Below are positions 48,324 to 57,949 of a stretch of DNA of 64,000 bases, one piece after another; within the stretch, counting starts at the first letter, position 1; every line of letters begins with the position of its first letter. The notes below the pieces were generated by a model, which ran no database searches, was not told where the DNA came from, and saw nothing but the letters and a program-made list of their open reading frames with translations. Both the position numbers and the translations under genes were made by a program. Source of the DNA: a virus; IMG/VR virus record IMGVR_UViG_3300044846_005371, positions 56,169 through 120,168 of that record, one strand, 5' to 3'.

Positions 48324-50279
48324 TTAATCTTTAGTTTTTAATTGATAGAAATAATCTGGCAACATTTTACTCATTGCGAAATCTTCACCATAGAAAGATT
48401 TGATTCGTGGTTTAAATACTCTATTTACATTATCTAAGATAGCATCTCTTTCTTGACTAGTTGCCAAAGAATTAGTTGCAGTTTGGGAAGAACTAGCTAA
48501 GTTTTGTCTCTGGCTATTCGCTTCTCCAAATGTATTGATTGCTGATGCTGGTGGAGCAAGAGGAGTATGTGATAATTTACCAGCACCTAAGTTAAACATG
48601 CTTTCAATATCCTGCTTTGCTCTAGGTCGCCCATGGTCTAATGTAACTTGGAAGCTTACACCAGTTGGAAAATCATCTTCTCCTAATTCTTCGCTAAACG
48701 TTATCTTAGTGCTCTTAACTATCAAATTACCGATTACTGCAATCGGATTCATAGGGTTACCTACTGTGAGGTGCCATTCACCAACTGCTCTTCCGTCCAA
48801 TAACGCTTTCATTTTTAGAGGAGTCTGTATCAGATTTCCCATCCTTTTTGCAAGTATCAAGTTTAGTTTAGATCTTGCATAGTCATCAGTTGCAGCTTCC
48901 TTTTCAAGCAAGCTAGTATCTGTTTCTGAGCCTGACATTAATCCTCCTAAATATCCGGAAAGTTCCTTAAATGCTCCACTTGCAAGTACCTTGAGCCCAG
49001 ATAAGCTTTGAACTAACGCACCCAACATATCTCCGTCTTCCATTGCTTGAGCTCCAGGAACAGACGATACTACTAGTCCAGTTTTTCTAAAATATCTATA
49101 TCCTCCTCCCCAAAAAGGAGCGGTGTTATACGTTAAACTCAAGAAGTTAGAAATTAAATCTAACATCGCAATCTTAGGATTTATTAAGTTATATGATCTA
49201 AGTGAATAATTAAAAGTTAATGTGATAGGCTGAGTGTATGTAAATCCCCTACTTCTCATTTGAGTAGAGTTTATAACGTTCACTGGGCCTAATATGCGAT
49301 TCCAATAAGGTCCCTCAGGACCATATGCATTTCTAGCAAAATCTTGTAATTTTTTATCATATCCGCTTAGTGCTGCAACATCATTCTGATTTGCAATAAA
49401 CAACGTAATAAAACTTTTTAATTTTTCATCCTTTATGCCAGCTGCTGTGTATACGTCTTCCCATGGAATCTCGTTACCTTCTACTGTCTGCACGTCAGCT
49501 GATACTGAAGTCCAGTTGAATCCATAGTTTATCCCAAGAGTTGTCCCCAATGAATTACCTGTGCCTTCTCCAAACCAGCTAACCGCCTGTGCTATTGGAA
49601 TCAATGGCATCTTTTCTTCGTTAACTCGTAAGTTATCTTGTACAGGAATAGGGTACCTTCTTAGAGTAAGCAGACGATTATTTGGAACTTTTCCATAGTC
49701 TCTACACCAGATAAAATCAGTAAGGGCATAAGGAGCTGGTGGAACAGCCGCACTGCTTGATGCGTTTAATTGAGACCATTCAATAATCTTCTTAGCTGTC
49801 GGATTTGAAATATTTTCTCTAGAATTTTCATTTGAGTTCAACAATATTCTCTCGCTATTTGGATCAACTTGTTGAGCATTATTTGGAGAAAATAATGAAA
49901 CTACGTTATTTACAGTAGACCCTAAACTTGCGTTGATTGCTTCAATCGGAGATGATCCCATTAGACCTTCTGCTGACTTTTCACTAACATCTCTATGCTT
50001 TGCTGGATCATATCCAGTAGTTACACCAAATCTGGAATACCTAAATACATTAAAAGGATTAAATATCGATTGAGCGGCTTCATATTCAGTAGCTTTACCT
50101 CCTTCCCTAAGGATGTATGTCATTCTGACATTAGAATCGTATGCTGCCTGTAAAACTTCAAATTGTCCTATTTGGCCTGATGGAATCTGACCTAATACGC
50201 TTCCGTCGCTTCCATCACCTGATCCAATTACTCCATTTATTGCAGATACTACACCGCTTCCTATATTACCAAATGGCAT
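48324..50279 (-). CDS. Baseplate structural protein
   Basis: First gene of the baseplate cluster after a late promoter; WHLTVGNPMNP...GNLIV...DDFP motif. Confidence 0.55.
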   Translation of the reverse strand: MPFGNIGSGVVSAINGVIGSGDGSDGSVLGQIPSGQIGQFEVLQAAYDSNVRMTYILREGGKATEYEAAQSIFNPFNVFRYSRFGVTTGYDPAKHRDVSEKSAEGLMGSSPIEAINASLGSTVNNVVSLFSPNNAQQVDPNSERILLNSNENSRENISNPTAKKIIEWSQLNASSSAAVPPAPYALTDFIWCRDYGKVPNNRLLTLRRYPIPVQDNLRVNEEKMPLIPIAQAVSWFGEGTGNSLGTTLGINYGFNWTSVSADVQTVEGNEIPWEDVYTAAGIKDEKLKSFITLFIANQNDVAALSGYDKKLQDFARNAYGPEGPYWNRILGPVNVINSTQMRSRGFTYTQPITLTFNYSLRSYNLINPKIAMLDLISNFLSLTYNTAPFWGGGYRYFRKTGLVVSSVPGAQAMEDGDMLGALVQSLSGLKVLASGAFKELSGYLGGLMSGSETDTSLLEKEAATDDYARSKLNLILAKRMGNLIQTPLKMKALLDGRAVGEWHLTVGNPMNPIAVIGNLIVKSTKITFSEELGEDDFPTGVSFQVTLDHGRPRAKQDIESMFNLGAGKLSHTPLAPPASAINTFGEANSQRQNLASSSQTATNSLATSQERDAILDNVNRVFKPRIKSFYGEDFAMSKMLPDYFYQLKTKD

Positions 50280-50294
50280 GGGCGAATTCCTTTA

Positions 50295-50306
50295 TTTTTA
50301 TTTATT
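50295..50306 (-). promoter_or_regulatory. Putative late promoter
   Basis: AATAAATAAAAA. Confidence 0.55.
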
Positions 50307-50322
50307 ACTTTGATAAAATTAC

Positions 50323-52269
50323 TTACTCTCCAGTCGCATGCTTCATGAACTGTGCAAAGTTCATTATCTTTGCAGAACTCTTCTTTTTGCTCTTCTTATC
50401 CTTCTTTTGAGGACCGGCTAATGCAAAAGTATCCATGTTCTGATCAGGTAAAGTTGATGGAGTCTGATGAGCCTGTCCAGGAAGTGCAGGATTCATTAGA
50501 GGAGCGCTGGACATAGGTAACGGCGCAAGCATATCTTCTTTAACTTTTCCGAAAACTTCTTTATTTGGGTCCTCCGATGTGAATCCTATTTCTCTCAATG
50601 GCATAACGCTATTTGTAAATTTATGCATTGCCTTTTCGTAATCTCGACCAGCTTGTTTGCCTCCAATTAACGTAACAACGCTTGAAAAAAGCTTATTTAC
50701 TGCTTGAAAAACTGCCTTGTTTTGAGCATTATTGCCAGAGGCTGTTCCATCAGTATATGTCGCATCATAGAGATAGCTTAGACCCTTTCCAACTTTTCCA
50801 AGAGGAGTTTCAGATATTCGTTCAGCGTTAGTTACAGCTAGTCTGACTTTTTGATATAACGGTAATCTTATCTCAGGTTTTATTCTAAATGCCGCAAAGT
50901 TACTAATATTGAAACCCTTAGATAGGTAGAAATTCTTAATTTCTTTTCTCTTAACTTCGGCTAATGACTCTATCGTTTTTGCGCAAGATACTGCTTTTTT
51001 CTCAGGAAAAGTTCCGTCCTGATCGCTCTCAATCCAGTCAATTATCCATTGTTCTGACGAATTTAAGTAGTCAAGCTGATGTGCTTCTTCCGCGCTCTCA
51101 GTAGTTGAATGAGTTCTTAAAAATTCATTTGCTTTCTCAACGTCACCTCGATATACTCTTTCTCTAACTATTCTCTCCATTCTCTCAGTATTATCATTAA
51201 GAAGAGTTGAATAGAGAGCAAAGTATCCACCGGGAGCAGTAATTTGACCAGCATTTATTGCAGGTAGAAGAGACTTAGCCAGCGAGTTTCTTAGATTCTT
51301 AAAGATAGTATTCTTCAAACGACTTCCAGTTGCTCTTGGAGAAACTTCCTGCTCCCTTTCAGCAAGTGCAGTTTCCATAGGAACTCTTTCGTTTCTACTC
51401 ACAGTTTCTACTAAAGCGGCTGCTAGATCTCTAATTGCTTCGATAGCTGCTTCGATCTTTTCCAACTTAGAATCATTATCTCTTTCAGAATCAATTTCAT
51501 TTAGAGTAGTTGTGTTAAGAGTATTCAACCAGATGTAATAATTTGAGATAGCTGTCGCATTATCTTGAATAGTTGTGTTGATTTTCTTCTCACTATCTTC
51601 ATCTAGCATCGAGTCTAATGAGCTACTTCCACTCGATTTTAAAATATTCTGAAACTCGGAAGCTGTTAGATTAGAGACAGTATCGTCATCATATTTAATA
51701 GCTATGTCGTTCTCCTTAACCTCAATTATCTTAAATTTCTTACCTCCTTCTACGAAAGTTGCATCAATACCTTTAAGTATCTTGGCTTTCTTTTCAATAA
51801 CACCTAATGATGCAAGTTCACCAGAATTTATTGTTTCTGCAAGTATCTCTCTTAATTTTGCTAAACGTGCAACGATTGTGTCACAAGTTATCAAATATGG
51901 TCGAACATTTACTTTAGTTGAAACTAGCGACTTTACATCATTCTTTAAATCTGCTAATTTATTTGCCTCAAATTTTGAATATTCAATTATATGGTCTAAT
52001 CGATTAGGATCTATAAATTTAACAAAGACATTCTTTATTTTAGGATCGTTCGTTGAACCTTCAATTGCCTCATATGGAATTATATCTAACACCAATTGCA
52101 TTGCTTCAAACGATGAATTTTTAATAGCCGCATTTGAAATATCTCCAACTATTTTTCCATCCAATAATTCAGCTGCTTGGTCAAGTTCCGCATAATTAAA
52201 TGCAGGAGCAGACTCCTCCAATTTTGAAGAAATAAACGAAAATCCAATAAGGCTATCTAGAAAACTCAT
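50323..52269 (-). CDS. Large helical hypothetical late protein
   Basis: 648 aa; own late promoter; C-terminal KIMNFAQF motif. Confidence 0.7.
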   Translation of the reverse strand: MSFLDSLIGFSFISSKLEESAPAFNYAELDQAAELLDGKIVGDISNAAIKNSSFEAMQLVLDIIPYEAIEGSTNDPKIKNVFVKFIDPNRLDHIIEYSKFEANKLADLKNDVKSLVSTKVNVRPYLITCDTIVARLAKLREILAETINSGELASLGVIEKKAKILKGIDATFVEGGKKFKIIEVKENDIAIKYDDDTVSNLTASEFQNILKSSGSSSLDSMLDEDSEKKINTTIQDNATAISNYYIWLNTLNTTTLNEIDSERDNDSKLEKIEAAIEAIRDLAAALVETVSRNERVPMETALAEREQEVSPRATGSRLKNTIFKNLRNSLAKSLLPAINAGQITAPGGYFALYSTLLNDNTERMERIVRERVYRGDVEKANEFLRTHSTTESAEEAHQLDYLNSSEQWIIDWIESDQDGTFPEKKAVSCAKTIESLAEVKRKEIKNFYLSKGFNISNFAAFRIKPEIRLPLYQKVRLAVTNAERISETPLGKVGKGLSYLYDATYTDGTASGNNAQNKAVFQAVNKLFSSVVTLIGGKQAGRDYEKAMHKFTNSVMPLREIGFTSEDPNKEVFGKVKEDMLAPLPMSSAPLMNPALPGQAHQTPSTLPDQNMDTFALAGPQKKDKKSKKKSSAKIMNFAQFMKHATGE

Positions 52270-52281
52270 CTAACAAGATCC

Positions 52282-52298
52282 TTTCTTGTTATTTATTT
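52282..52298 (-). promoter_or_regulatory. Putative late promoter overlapping an RBS-flanking hairpin
   Basis: AAATAAATAACAAGAAA; 8-bp inverted repeat at 52271-52291. Confidence 0.55.
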
Positions 52299-52481
52299 AG
52301 ATTTCTTATCTTTATGCCATTCAGAATAAGGCTTGATCCACAATCGTCTGTCGATCTGACTCTTCATATAATCATAGATCGATTCTTCTCTATCTTCTGG
52401 GTGTTGAAGAATTGCATTCTTTAGGGGTTCACGACCTCCTAAATAATTTGAGTAATTCTTGAAACTGTCATTTTTTGCCAT
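52293..52481 (-). CDS. Small hypothetical protein
   Basis: 62-aa ORF filling the gap. Confidence 0.55.
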   Translation of the reverse strand: MAKNDSFKNYSNYLGGREPLKNAILQHPEDREESIYDYMKSQIDRRLWIKPYSEWHKDKKSK

Positions 52482-52496
52482 CTCTCTATGATTATT

Positions 52497-54071
52497 TTAA
52501 GGTTTCATTGTGGTAAATTCTCCACGTATGAAATTAATATGTTGTGCTTTCCCATTCTTATGTATGAGGATATGAGATTGTAACCAGCTGCTTGCTCCAT
52601 TATTATAGCCTACTCTTAATTTAGTTGATGTACCAACAGAAAGAGCGCCATCTTTTCTTCCAGGAGAATGATAGTGTCCAACGATTATCTTCACATTTAG
52701 TTTTCTAAATTGTAATAATGATCCTCTAGACCCATTTGATCCAATATCACCATGTTGACCTAATTCCCAATCTTCTACTATGTAGCTATCATTTCTTCCA
52801 AGAGTCTTAAATTTTGGAAATTTCTTATTGATTAAGTATGGAATAATTCCGTTTGGAGCATCGCCCTTTAATAGAGCTGCACTGTATTCCATATATTCCA
52901 ATGAATTCTTTGGAGTAACTGTCTTTCGCCAATCAGTATTCTTCAACCATCTATCTATGAAATCATCATGGTTACTTCTAACAATCACAGTATTGTACTT
53001 TTTAAAAGCTTCCAGTCCATCAAGCATCGCATCTACCTCAGCTTTAAGAGAATTTAATCCTGAGATTTCTTTTTGATACTGTGCAAATGGGTCGTTAATA
53101 TCGTGATGATTAATAGAAGTTCCATCAAATACGTCATGTAAAATAACATGAGCAGGTTTCAAATCTTCCATTAATTTTAGAGTTTCATCTAATACTCTAT
53201 CGTCATGGTGACCGTAATGGAGATCGCCTAATACTATTGCAGAAACTTCTTTATTCTTCTTGATTGTACTCTTCTTTGTTCTAGCGCTATATGTTACTGA
53301 ATAGTATAGATCGCTAAAGTCTCCGTCTTCATTTGCAGTTACCTGCCTAACGAAGAATACGTCATCATCCTTGATCTCAACTATTACAAATCCTAAAGTA
53401 TGATGAAATTCTCCTTTTTTACCTGACTTTGAATCTGTGTAATTACCTAATGTGCATGCGCCAGTAGTTAACATCATCTTAGGATCAGCTCCCTGTAAAA
53501 CTGGAATAGTTTCTAATTGAACCTTCGGCGATCCAAATATACAAGAATTTATTCCGCTCATTCCCTGCAATCCAGTCATAGGATCGACTGCAGTTGGCTG
53601 TATCTTAACATCTGACATGATCCACATACGCTTGTGAATCTCTTGACGATTTGCATCAAGATACTCATCCAATCGATCTGCCCAAGTATCATAGCTTTTA
53701 TCGGTGAATACTGATGTAGGATTTTTATATCTCCCTGCGATCACATGAATGTCTGCTCTTATTTCAGAAGCGTACGCTTCCATATTTGTGAAAAAAGCAT
53801 CATGAACAGGAGTATCATTCTGTGCCCAAGTTATCATAAACTTGCTGGCATTTGAATCAAAAACTTTTTCCTTTGCTTTGATTAATTGAGGAGACTCAAT
53901 ATCGGACTTGCTTTTTACACCCAAGCTAACTAACCATCGTCTGACGGTTCGTTCCGACTTGTTCAAGTATTCCATTAATTGAGATATTCTAGAGTCCCAA
54001 CTTAGATCCTTTCTGGAATATACTTTCTTTATGTGCTCAATGTCAACATCTGTTAATTCTTCAAATTTCAT
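52497..54071 (-). CDS. N-terminal HTH + calcineurin-like metallophosphoesterase
   Basis: KSERTVRRWL; GDLHYG, HDVFDG, SNHDDF, GQHGD and VGHYHS. Confidence 0.8.
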   Translation of the reverse strand: MKFEELTDVDIEHIKKVYSRKDLSWDSRISQLMEYLNKSERTVRRWLVSLGVKSKSDIESPQLIKAKEKVFDSNASKFMITWAQNDTPVHDAFFTNMEAYASEIRADIHVIAGRYKNPTSVFTDKSYDTWADRLDEYLDANRQEIHKRMWIMSDVKIQPTAVDPMTGLQGMSGINSCIFGSPKVQLETIPVLQGADPKMMLTTGACTLGNYTDSKSGKKGEFHHTLGFVIVEIKDDDVFFVRQVTANEDGDFSDLYYSVTYSARTKKSTIKKNKEVSAIVLGDLHYGHHDDRVLDETLKLMEDLKPAHVILHDVFDGTSINHHDINDPFAQYQKEISGLNSLKAEVDAMLDGLEAFKKYNTVIVRSNHDDFIDRWLKNTDWRKTVTPKNSLEYMEYSAALLKGDAPNGIIPYLINKKFPKFKTLGRNDSYIVEDWELGQHGDIGSNGSRGSLLQFRKLNVKIIVGHYHSPGRKDGALSVGTSTKLRVGYNNGASSWLQSHILIHKNGKAQHINFIRGEFTTMKP

Positions 54072-54100
54072 TAACGATTTTGAACTTTTTTAATAAACTC

Positions 54101-54126
54101 TTATATCCAAAAAAGGAGATAAGTTT
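54101..54126 (-). promoter_or_regulatory. Putative early/middle promoter AAACTT-N14-ATATAA
   Basis: Recurrent bipartite motif. Confidence 0.5.
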
Positions 54127-54132
54127 TAACTT

Positions 54133-56733
54133 TTAAATCTTACCCGGAATGTGATTATCTAATTCAGAGTAATTTGGAGTACACTGCTTGGCTATCTCAA
54201 TAAGTTCGTTAATTAAGGAAGTTACTGCAAGTATAACTTGCTTATCACTGCCGAATGAACTTCCTAATATATTGATACTCGATATCTTCTTAAGATTATT
54301 CCTTGCCTCAATTAACCACCCAACAATATTAGACCGAGTTAGTCTAAATAGTAATGCAACGATACAATACTTCCAAATGCTTTTTGAAAGATTTAAAGTG
54401 GTTGGCATGCCAAGTATCTTCTTTATAGCTTGTGGAGTAAGAGCTAATGCTTTCTTAATTCCTTGACTTGCTACAATATTTGCAAAGTTTCCTCCAACTG
54501 GAACAACTGTTGTTCCTAATGTTATGATTCCCATCATAGCATTAGTGATCTTGCTCTCATCGTCCTTCGCTAGGAAATATCTAGCTCCGTAACTTATTGC
54601 GTGAGCAACATCAATCCCAGCCGAAATTAAATTACCTATCCCTGGAACTCCATCAATCATCGCTGAAGTCAAATTAATTAAATCATCGATAGACAAATTC
54701 TTAAGAACATTTCCAGCACTTGCCATGTTCATTGAGCCATGTGGATCATTTCCTTTTAATGTAACAGTTGGTGATCCCATGCTATAAAATTGTTCATCTA
54801 TAATATCTTCATTCGTTTCTTCAAGTATGATGGAATCTACTGCAGTTACCTCTTCCTCAATTCTCAAAGATCCTCCTAATGCTTTTTCAGCTTCATTCAA
54901 TGAATTTGGAGAAATTTCTTTTTGTAAATTAAAGAATTCTGATGCAATTGATTTAGGAACAATCTTTTTATATTCCATATAATCTGAGTTCTTAATCAGT
55001 TCTAAACAGTCTGCATCTTCTCCAAAGTTAGGAGTCTCAACTAGTTTAAATTTATTAGATAGGCTCAGCGGAATATCTCTCTTTTTAATATGATCTAATT
55101 GTAAAACATAATCCTTCAACTTCTTTCCATTTGTGCCTAATAAACAAAGTTCATATTCTGGTCTTAACGCTTTTACTAGATCTTCAATTTGAGAAGCATT
55201 CACAAATTTAATGTCTTCAATTAGGTCTGAATATTCATTCTTTACTTTAGTTAAAAGATTTTTTACGCTATTCGCAGCAAGCGGTGCTTTTTTAGTAGGC
55301 TTCGCTTTCTTTATAGCAATAAGAACGATCTTATGATTGTTTACTGATTTTAACTTTTCGGCAGCTTTTATATGAGCTAGCGTGATAGGTTGAAAATCGT
55401 CAATAATAACATTAACTAATTTCGCTTTCTTTAAAGAATCTCTCTTCTTTTCAAAAACATCTTCTCCAATTAAATAAGAATCATCAGAATCATTTCCAAC
55501 AAACTCATTAAATGATGGGAATAAACTTTCATAGATTTCATCTCCCATAATAATGTTCTTGATCTTATTGACTTGCAAGTTTAACTGGTTTATAAGTTCT
55601 GGAGTAAAGAATCCAGAGCTAACCTTTTTTCTAGTCTTATTGAAGAAATTTATCAATATCCTATAAATTTCAGCATATGTTTCGTTGTTTGTGATCAGCT
55701 TCTTGATTTCCTTATCACCGACCATATCCATGTCAACTGCGAATTCATCTCTCTTCAAATAGTCAGGAGTATCTAGTTGCAAACCTTCGTATTTCGGTCC
55801 CATCTTCTTGATAAAATCCTTAAATACGCAGTTCATCAAGTTAACGTATCTCTTATCGAAATCCTTAGTGTCTTCGTCTCCACAATAGCTCTTTAGCGTC
55901 TGAGTATTGTAGATTTCAATGAAATTCATTAGATCGATTAGTATTAACCAAATATAATCGTTGCTCCTATTCTCACGAGATTTATCCTGAGAGACTTCTC
56001 TTTCTTGGAATAGTGGATCAACTAGTTTAGCTAAATACGTTTCAGCCTTTGGATTTTCCTGAGTTTCATCATAAAATCTGAAAACTATAGAATCTATCCC
56101 GTCTAGTTCTCTATTCATCAAATAAGCTTCCTTCTTATCTGGACAAAGCAGATTAACTATAAATCTTGTAAACGAGTCAGTCTTAAATCTTTCGAATAGA
56201 GTTTCCATTGGTGAATACACAAACTCCATTATAGCTTCCTTCTGCTCATCGCTCAACATTCCTTCAAAAATGATTGGCGGTTTTTCAACATCGAGAAAAT
56301 CTGCCCATTTGTTTAAGTCACTGCCGTTTTGATAAGTTTCCTCAATTTCACCATCCTTTCCATACTTATGAATGAAAGTAAGAGTTAAATTATTTTTAGG
56401 AAGATTATCGTATCGTTCTGCAGAGTTATCCTTTCCGGTCAAGTATTGAAATCCGAAATACAAGCTTGACGGAATTCTTTCAACTTTCTCAGGCTCAATA
56501 CTTTGCATATGAGCAATTGCTGGATTGTAATACTTTGTCAATACTCTATCGACATATGTAATTTCTCCGTTCTTCTTAAAATACTTAAAGTTATCGGTTT
56601 TCTGATCCTTCTTTACACCAAAGAATGAACCATCAACTTTTTCGTTAATGATAACATAGTTATTTAGGAGACCCTTTAAAAAGTCATCTCCTTTACTCTC
56701 ATAGATTTCACGTAGGTGATTTATACCCGCCAT
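54133..56733 (-). CDS. Multidomain late protein: ligase-like nucleotidyltransferase + HIGH-like nucleotidyltransferase + pre-toxin-like helical tail
   Basis: NEKVDGS, PPIIFEG, DSIVFR and AKLVDP.F.E; IDDFQPITLAH; IDGVPGIGNLISAGIDVAHA. Confidence 0.55.
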   Translation of the reverse strand: MAGINHLREIYESKGDDFLKGLLNNYVIINEKVDGSFFGVKKDQKTDNFKYFKKNGEITYVDRVLTKYYNPAIAHMQSIEPEKVERIPSSLYFGFQYLTGKDNSAERYDNLPKNNLTLTFIHKYGKDGEIEETYQNGSDLNKWADFLDVEKPPIIFEGMLSDEQKEAIMEFVYSPMETLFERFKTDSFTRFIVNLLCPDKKEAYLMNRELDGIDSIVFRFYDETQENPKAETYLAKLVDPLFQEREVSQDKSRENRSNDYIWLILIDLMNFIEIYNTQTLKSYCGDEDTKDFDKRYVNLMNCVFKDFIKKMGPKYEGLQLDTPDYLKRDEFAVDMDMVGDKEIKKLITNNETYAEIYRILINFFNKTRKKVSSGFFTPELINQLNLQVNKIKNIIMGDEIYESLFPSFNEFVGNDSDDSYLIGEDVFEKKRDSLKKAKLVNVIIDDFQPITLAHIKAAEKLKSVNNHKIVLIAIKKAKPTKKAPLAANSVKNLLTKVKNEYSDLIEDIKFVNASQIEDLVKALRPEYELCLLGTNGKKLKDYVLQLDHIKKRDIPLSLSNKFKLVETPNFGEDADCLELIKNSDYMEYKKIVPKSIASEFFNLQKEISPNSLNEAEKALGGSLRIEEEVTAVDSIILEETNEDIIDEQFYSMGSPTVTLKGNDPHGSMNMASAGNVLKNLSIDDLINLTSAMIDGVPGIGNLISAGIDVAHAISYGARYFLAKDDESKITNAMMGIITLGTTVVPVGGNFANIVASQGIKKALALTPQAIKKILGMPTTLNLSKSIWKYCIVALLFRLTRSNIVGWLIEARNNLKKISSINILGSSFGSDKQVILAVTSLINELIEIAKQCTPNYSELDNHIPGKI

Positions 56734-56741
56734 ATGTAATA

Positions 56742-57317
56742 TTAAGTGTTGGTAGTTTGAGTTGATTGAGTTTGCTGATTAGCTGGTTCAGCAGGAGTCT
56801 CAGCTTGTGCTGGTACCTCATCCTTCTTACTATTTCTAATAGCAAACTTTCTAATTGCTTCTGAGTCCATGCTAATTGAAATGCTTCTAACATTATCGAC
56901 ATCCTCAGGATTTTGAGTAAAATACTCAATCAATTTCTTAAGATTGATGTTATTTGGGTTTTTTCCAAAGCCTCCAAACTCTTCAACCTTCTGTTTTAAA
57001 CTTTGACTTGCTTCCCAGCTTCCTCCATAGTTGATATTCCAACAGTAGAATCTAACTTGCTCGCCCTTAGTTTCATAGTAATGTTGCATGTCTCTAATCT
57101 TTTCGATAGCGCCATTTGCATCTCTATATGTTGTGGCATGACCATAAGTATCTGAGGGAACGCCGAATCGAAGACCATCTGACATGATCTCCATCATTTC
57201 TCCTATTCTGCCAATTATTTGTTCTGATGTATATCCTTTCAGTTGACCAGTTGGCATTTGATCCTGATCGCCTTCGACCAAATATCTAGAAAAAGATTTG
57301 ATGAAATTATTGTTCAT
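56742..57317 (-). CDS. Putative head-internal protein
   Basis: Leader KSFSRYLVEG; follows a late promoter. Confidence 0.65.
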   Translation of the reverse strand: MNNNFIKSFSRYLVEGDQDQMPTGQLKGYTSEQIIGRIGEMMEIMSDGLRFGVPSDTYGHATTYRDANGAIEKIRDMQHYYETKGEQVRFYCWNINYGGSWEASQSLKQKVEEFGGFGKNPNNINLKKLIEYFTQNPEDVDNVRSISISMDSEAIRKFAIRNSKKDEVPAQAETPAEPANQQTQSTQTTNT

Positions 57318-57327
57318 CCTTGAAGCA

Positions 57328-57344
57328 TTTTTGATTATTTATTT
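57328..57344 (-). promoter_or_regulatory. Putative late promoter
   Basis: AAATAAATAATCAAAAA. Confidence 0.55.
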
Positions 57345-57949
57345 GCTCCAATAGACTTGTTTATTATTTGATCCATCAATTCATTGAACAAACGTACGCT
57401 AGGCTCATTAAATCCATTCTTTAGCATATGAAAAGTATTTTTCTTTTCTCCATTTACTAAATATGAATTAAACTTCTGTAGAAGCTCAGCAAATATTTCT
57501 GATTCTCTTGAATAATTTTCAAAATTACCAAAGTAGTCTTTATCTCTCTTCTTATCAATTTTCACATTCTCATCTCTATCTAAGTAGAGAAGAGAAATAT
57601 TGGAGTACAACTCACTTTGTAAGATCTTCTCAAGTTCAGCATGAAGTCTTGATGTCTTCATTCTCTTTCTATAAATTGACCACACATATGCTGAGAATAA
57701 ACACCTATCGAACACAATCACCTTATCTTTAAATAAGGTTTGATTTAGCTCAAATATAGAAAGAATATTTCCTAAGCTAAAATAATGAACACCTGAACCT
57801 GACTCTTGATCTCTAAAACCAAATTGATCAATATACTTTGCAAAATAGAACTTATAGTATATTACATTCGGGTTCGTATTCTGCTTAAAGAATTCTTCAA
57901 GTAAATGAGTTTTGCCCGAATGTCTAGGTCCTTCAATTATCAATATCAT
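57335..57949 (-). CDS. P-loop nucleoside-monophosphate kinase (thymidylate-kinase-like)
   Basis: IIEGPRHSGKT; VIVFDRC (DR motif). Confidence 0.75.
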   Translation of the reverse strand: MILIIEGPRHSGKTHLLEEFFKQNTNPNVIYYKFYFAKYIDQFGFRDQESGSGVHYFSLGNILSIFELNQTLFKDKVIVFDRCLFSAYVWSIYRKRMKTSRLHAELEKILQSELYSNISLLYLDRDENVKIDKKRDKDYFGNFENYSRESEIFAELLQKFNSYLVNGEKKNTFHMLKNGFNEPSVRLFNELMDQIINKSIGANK

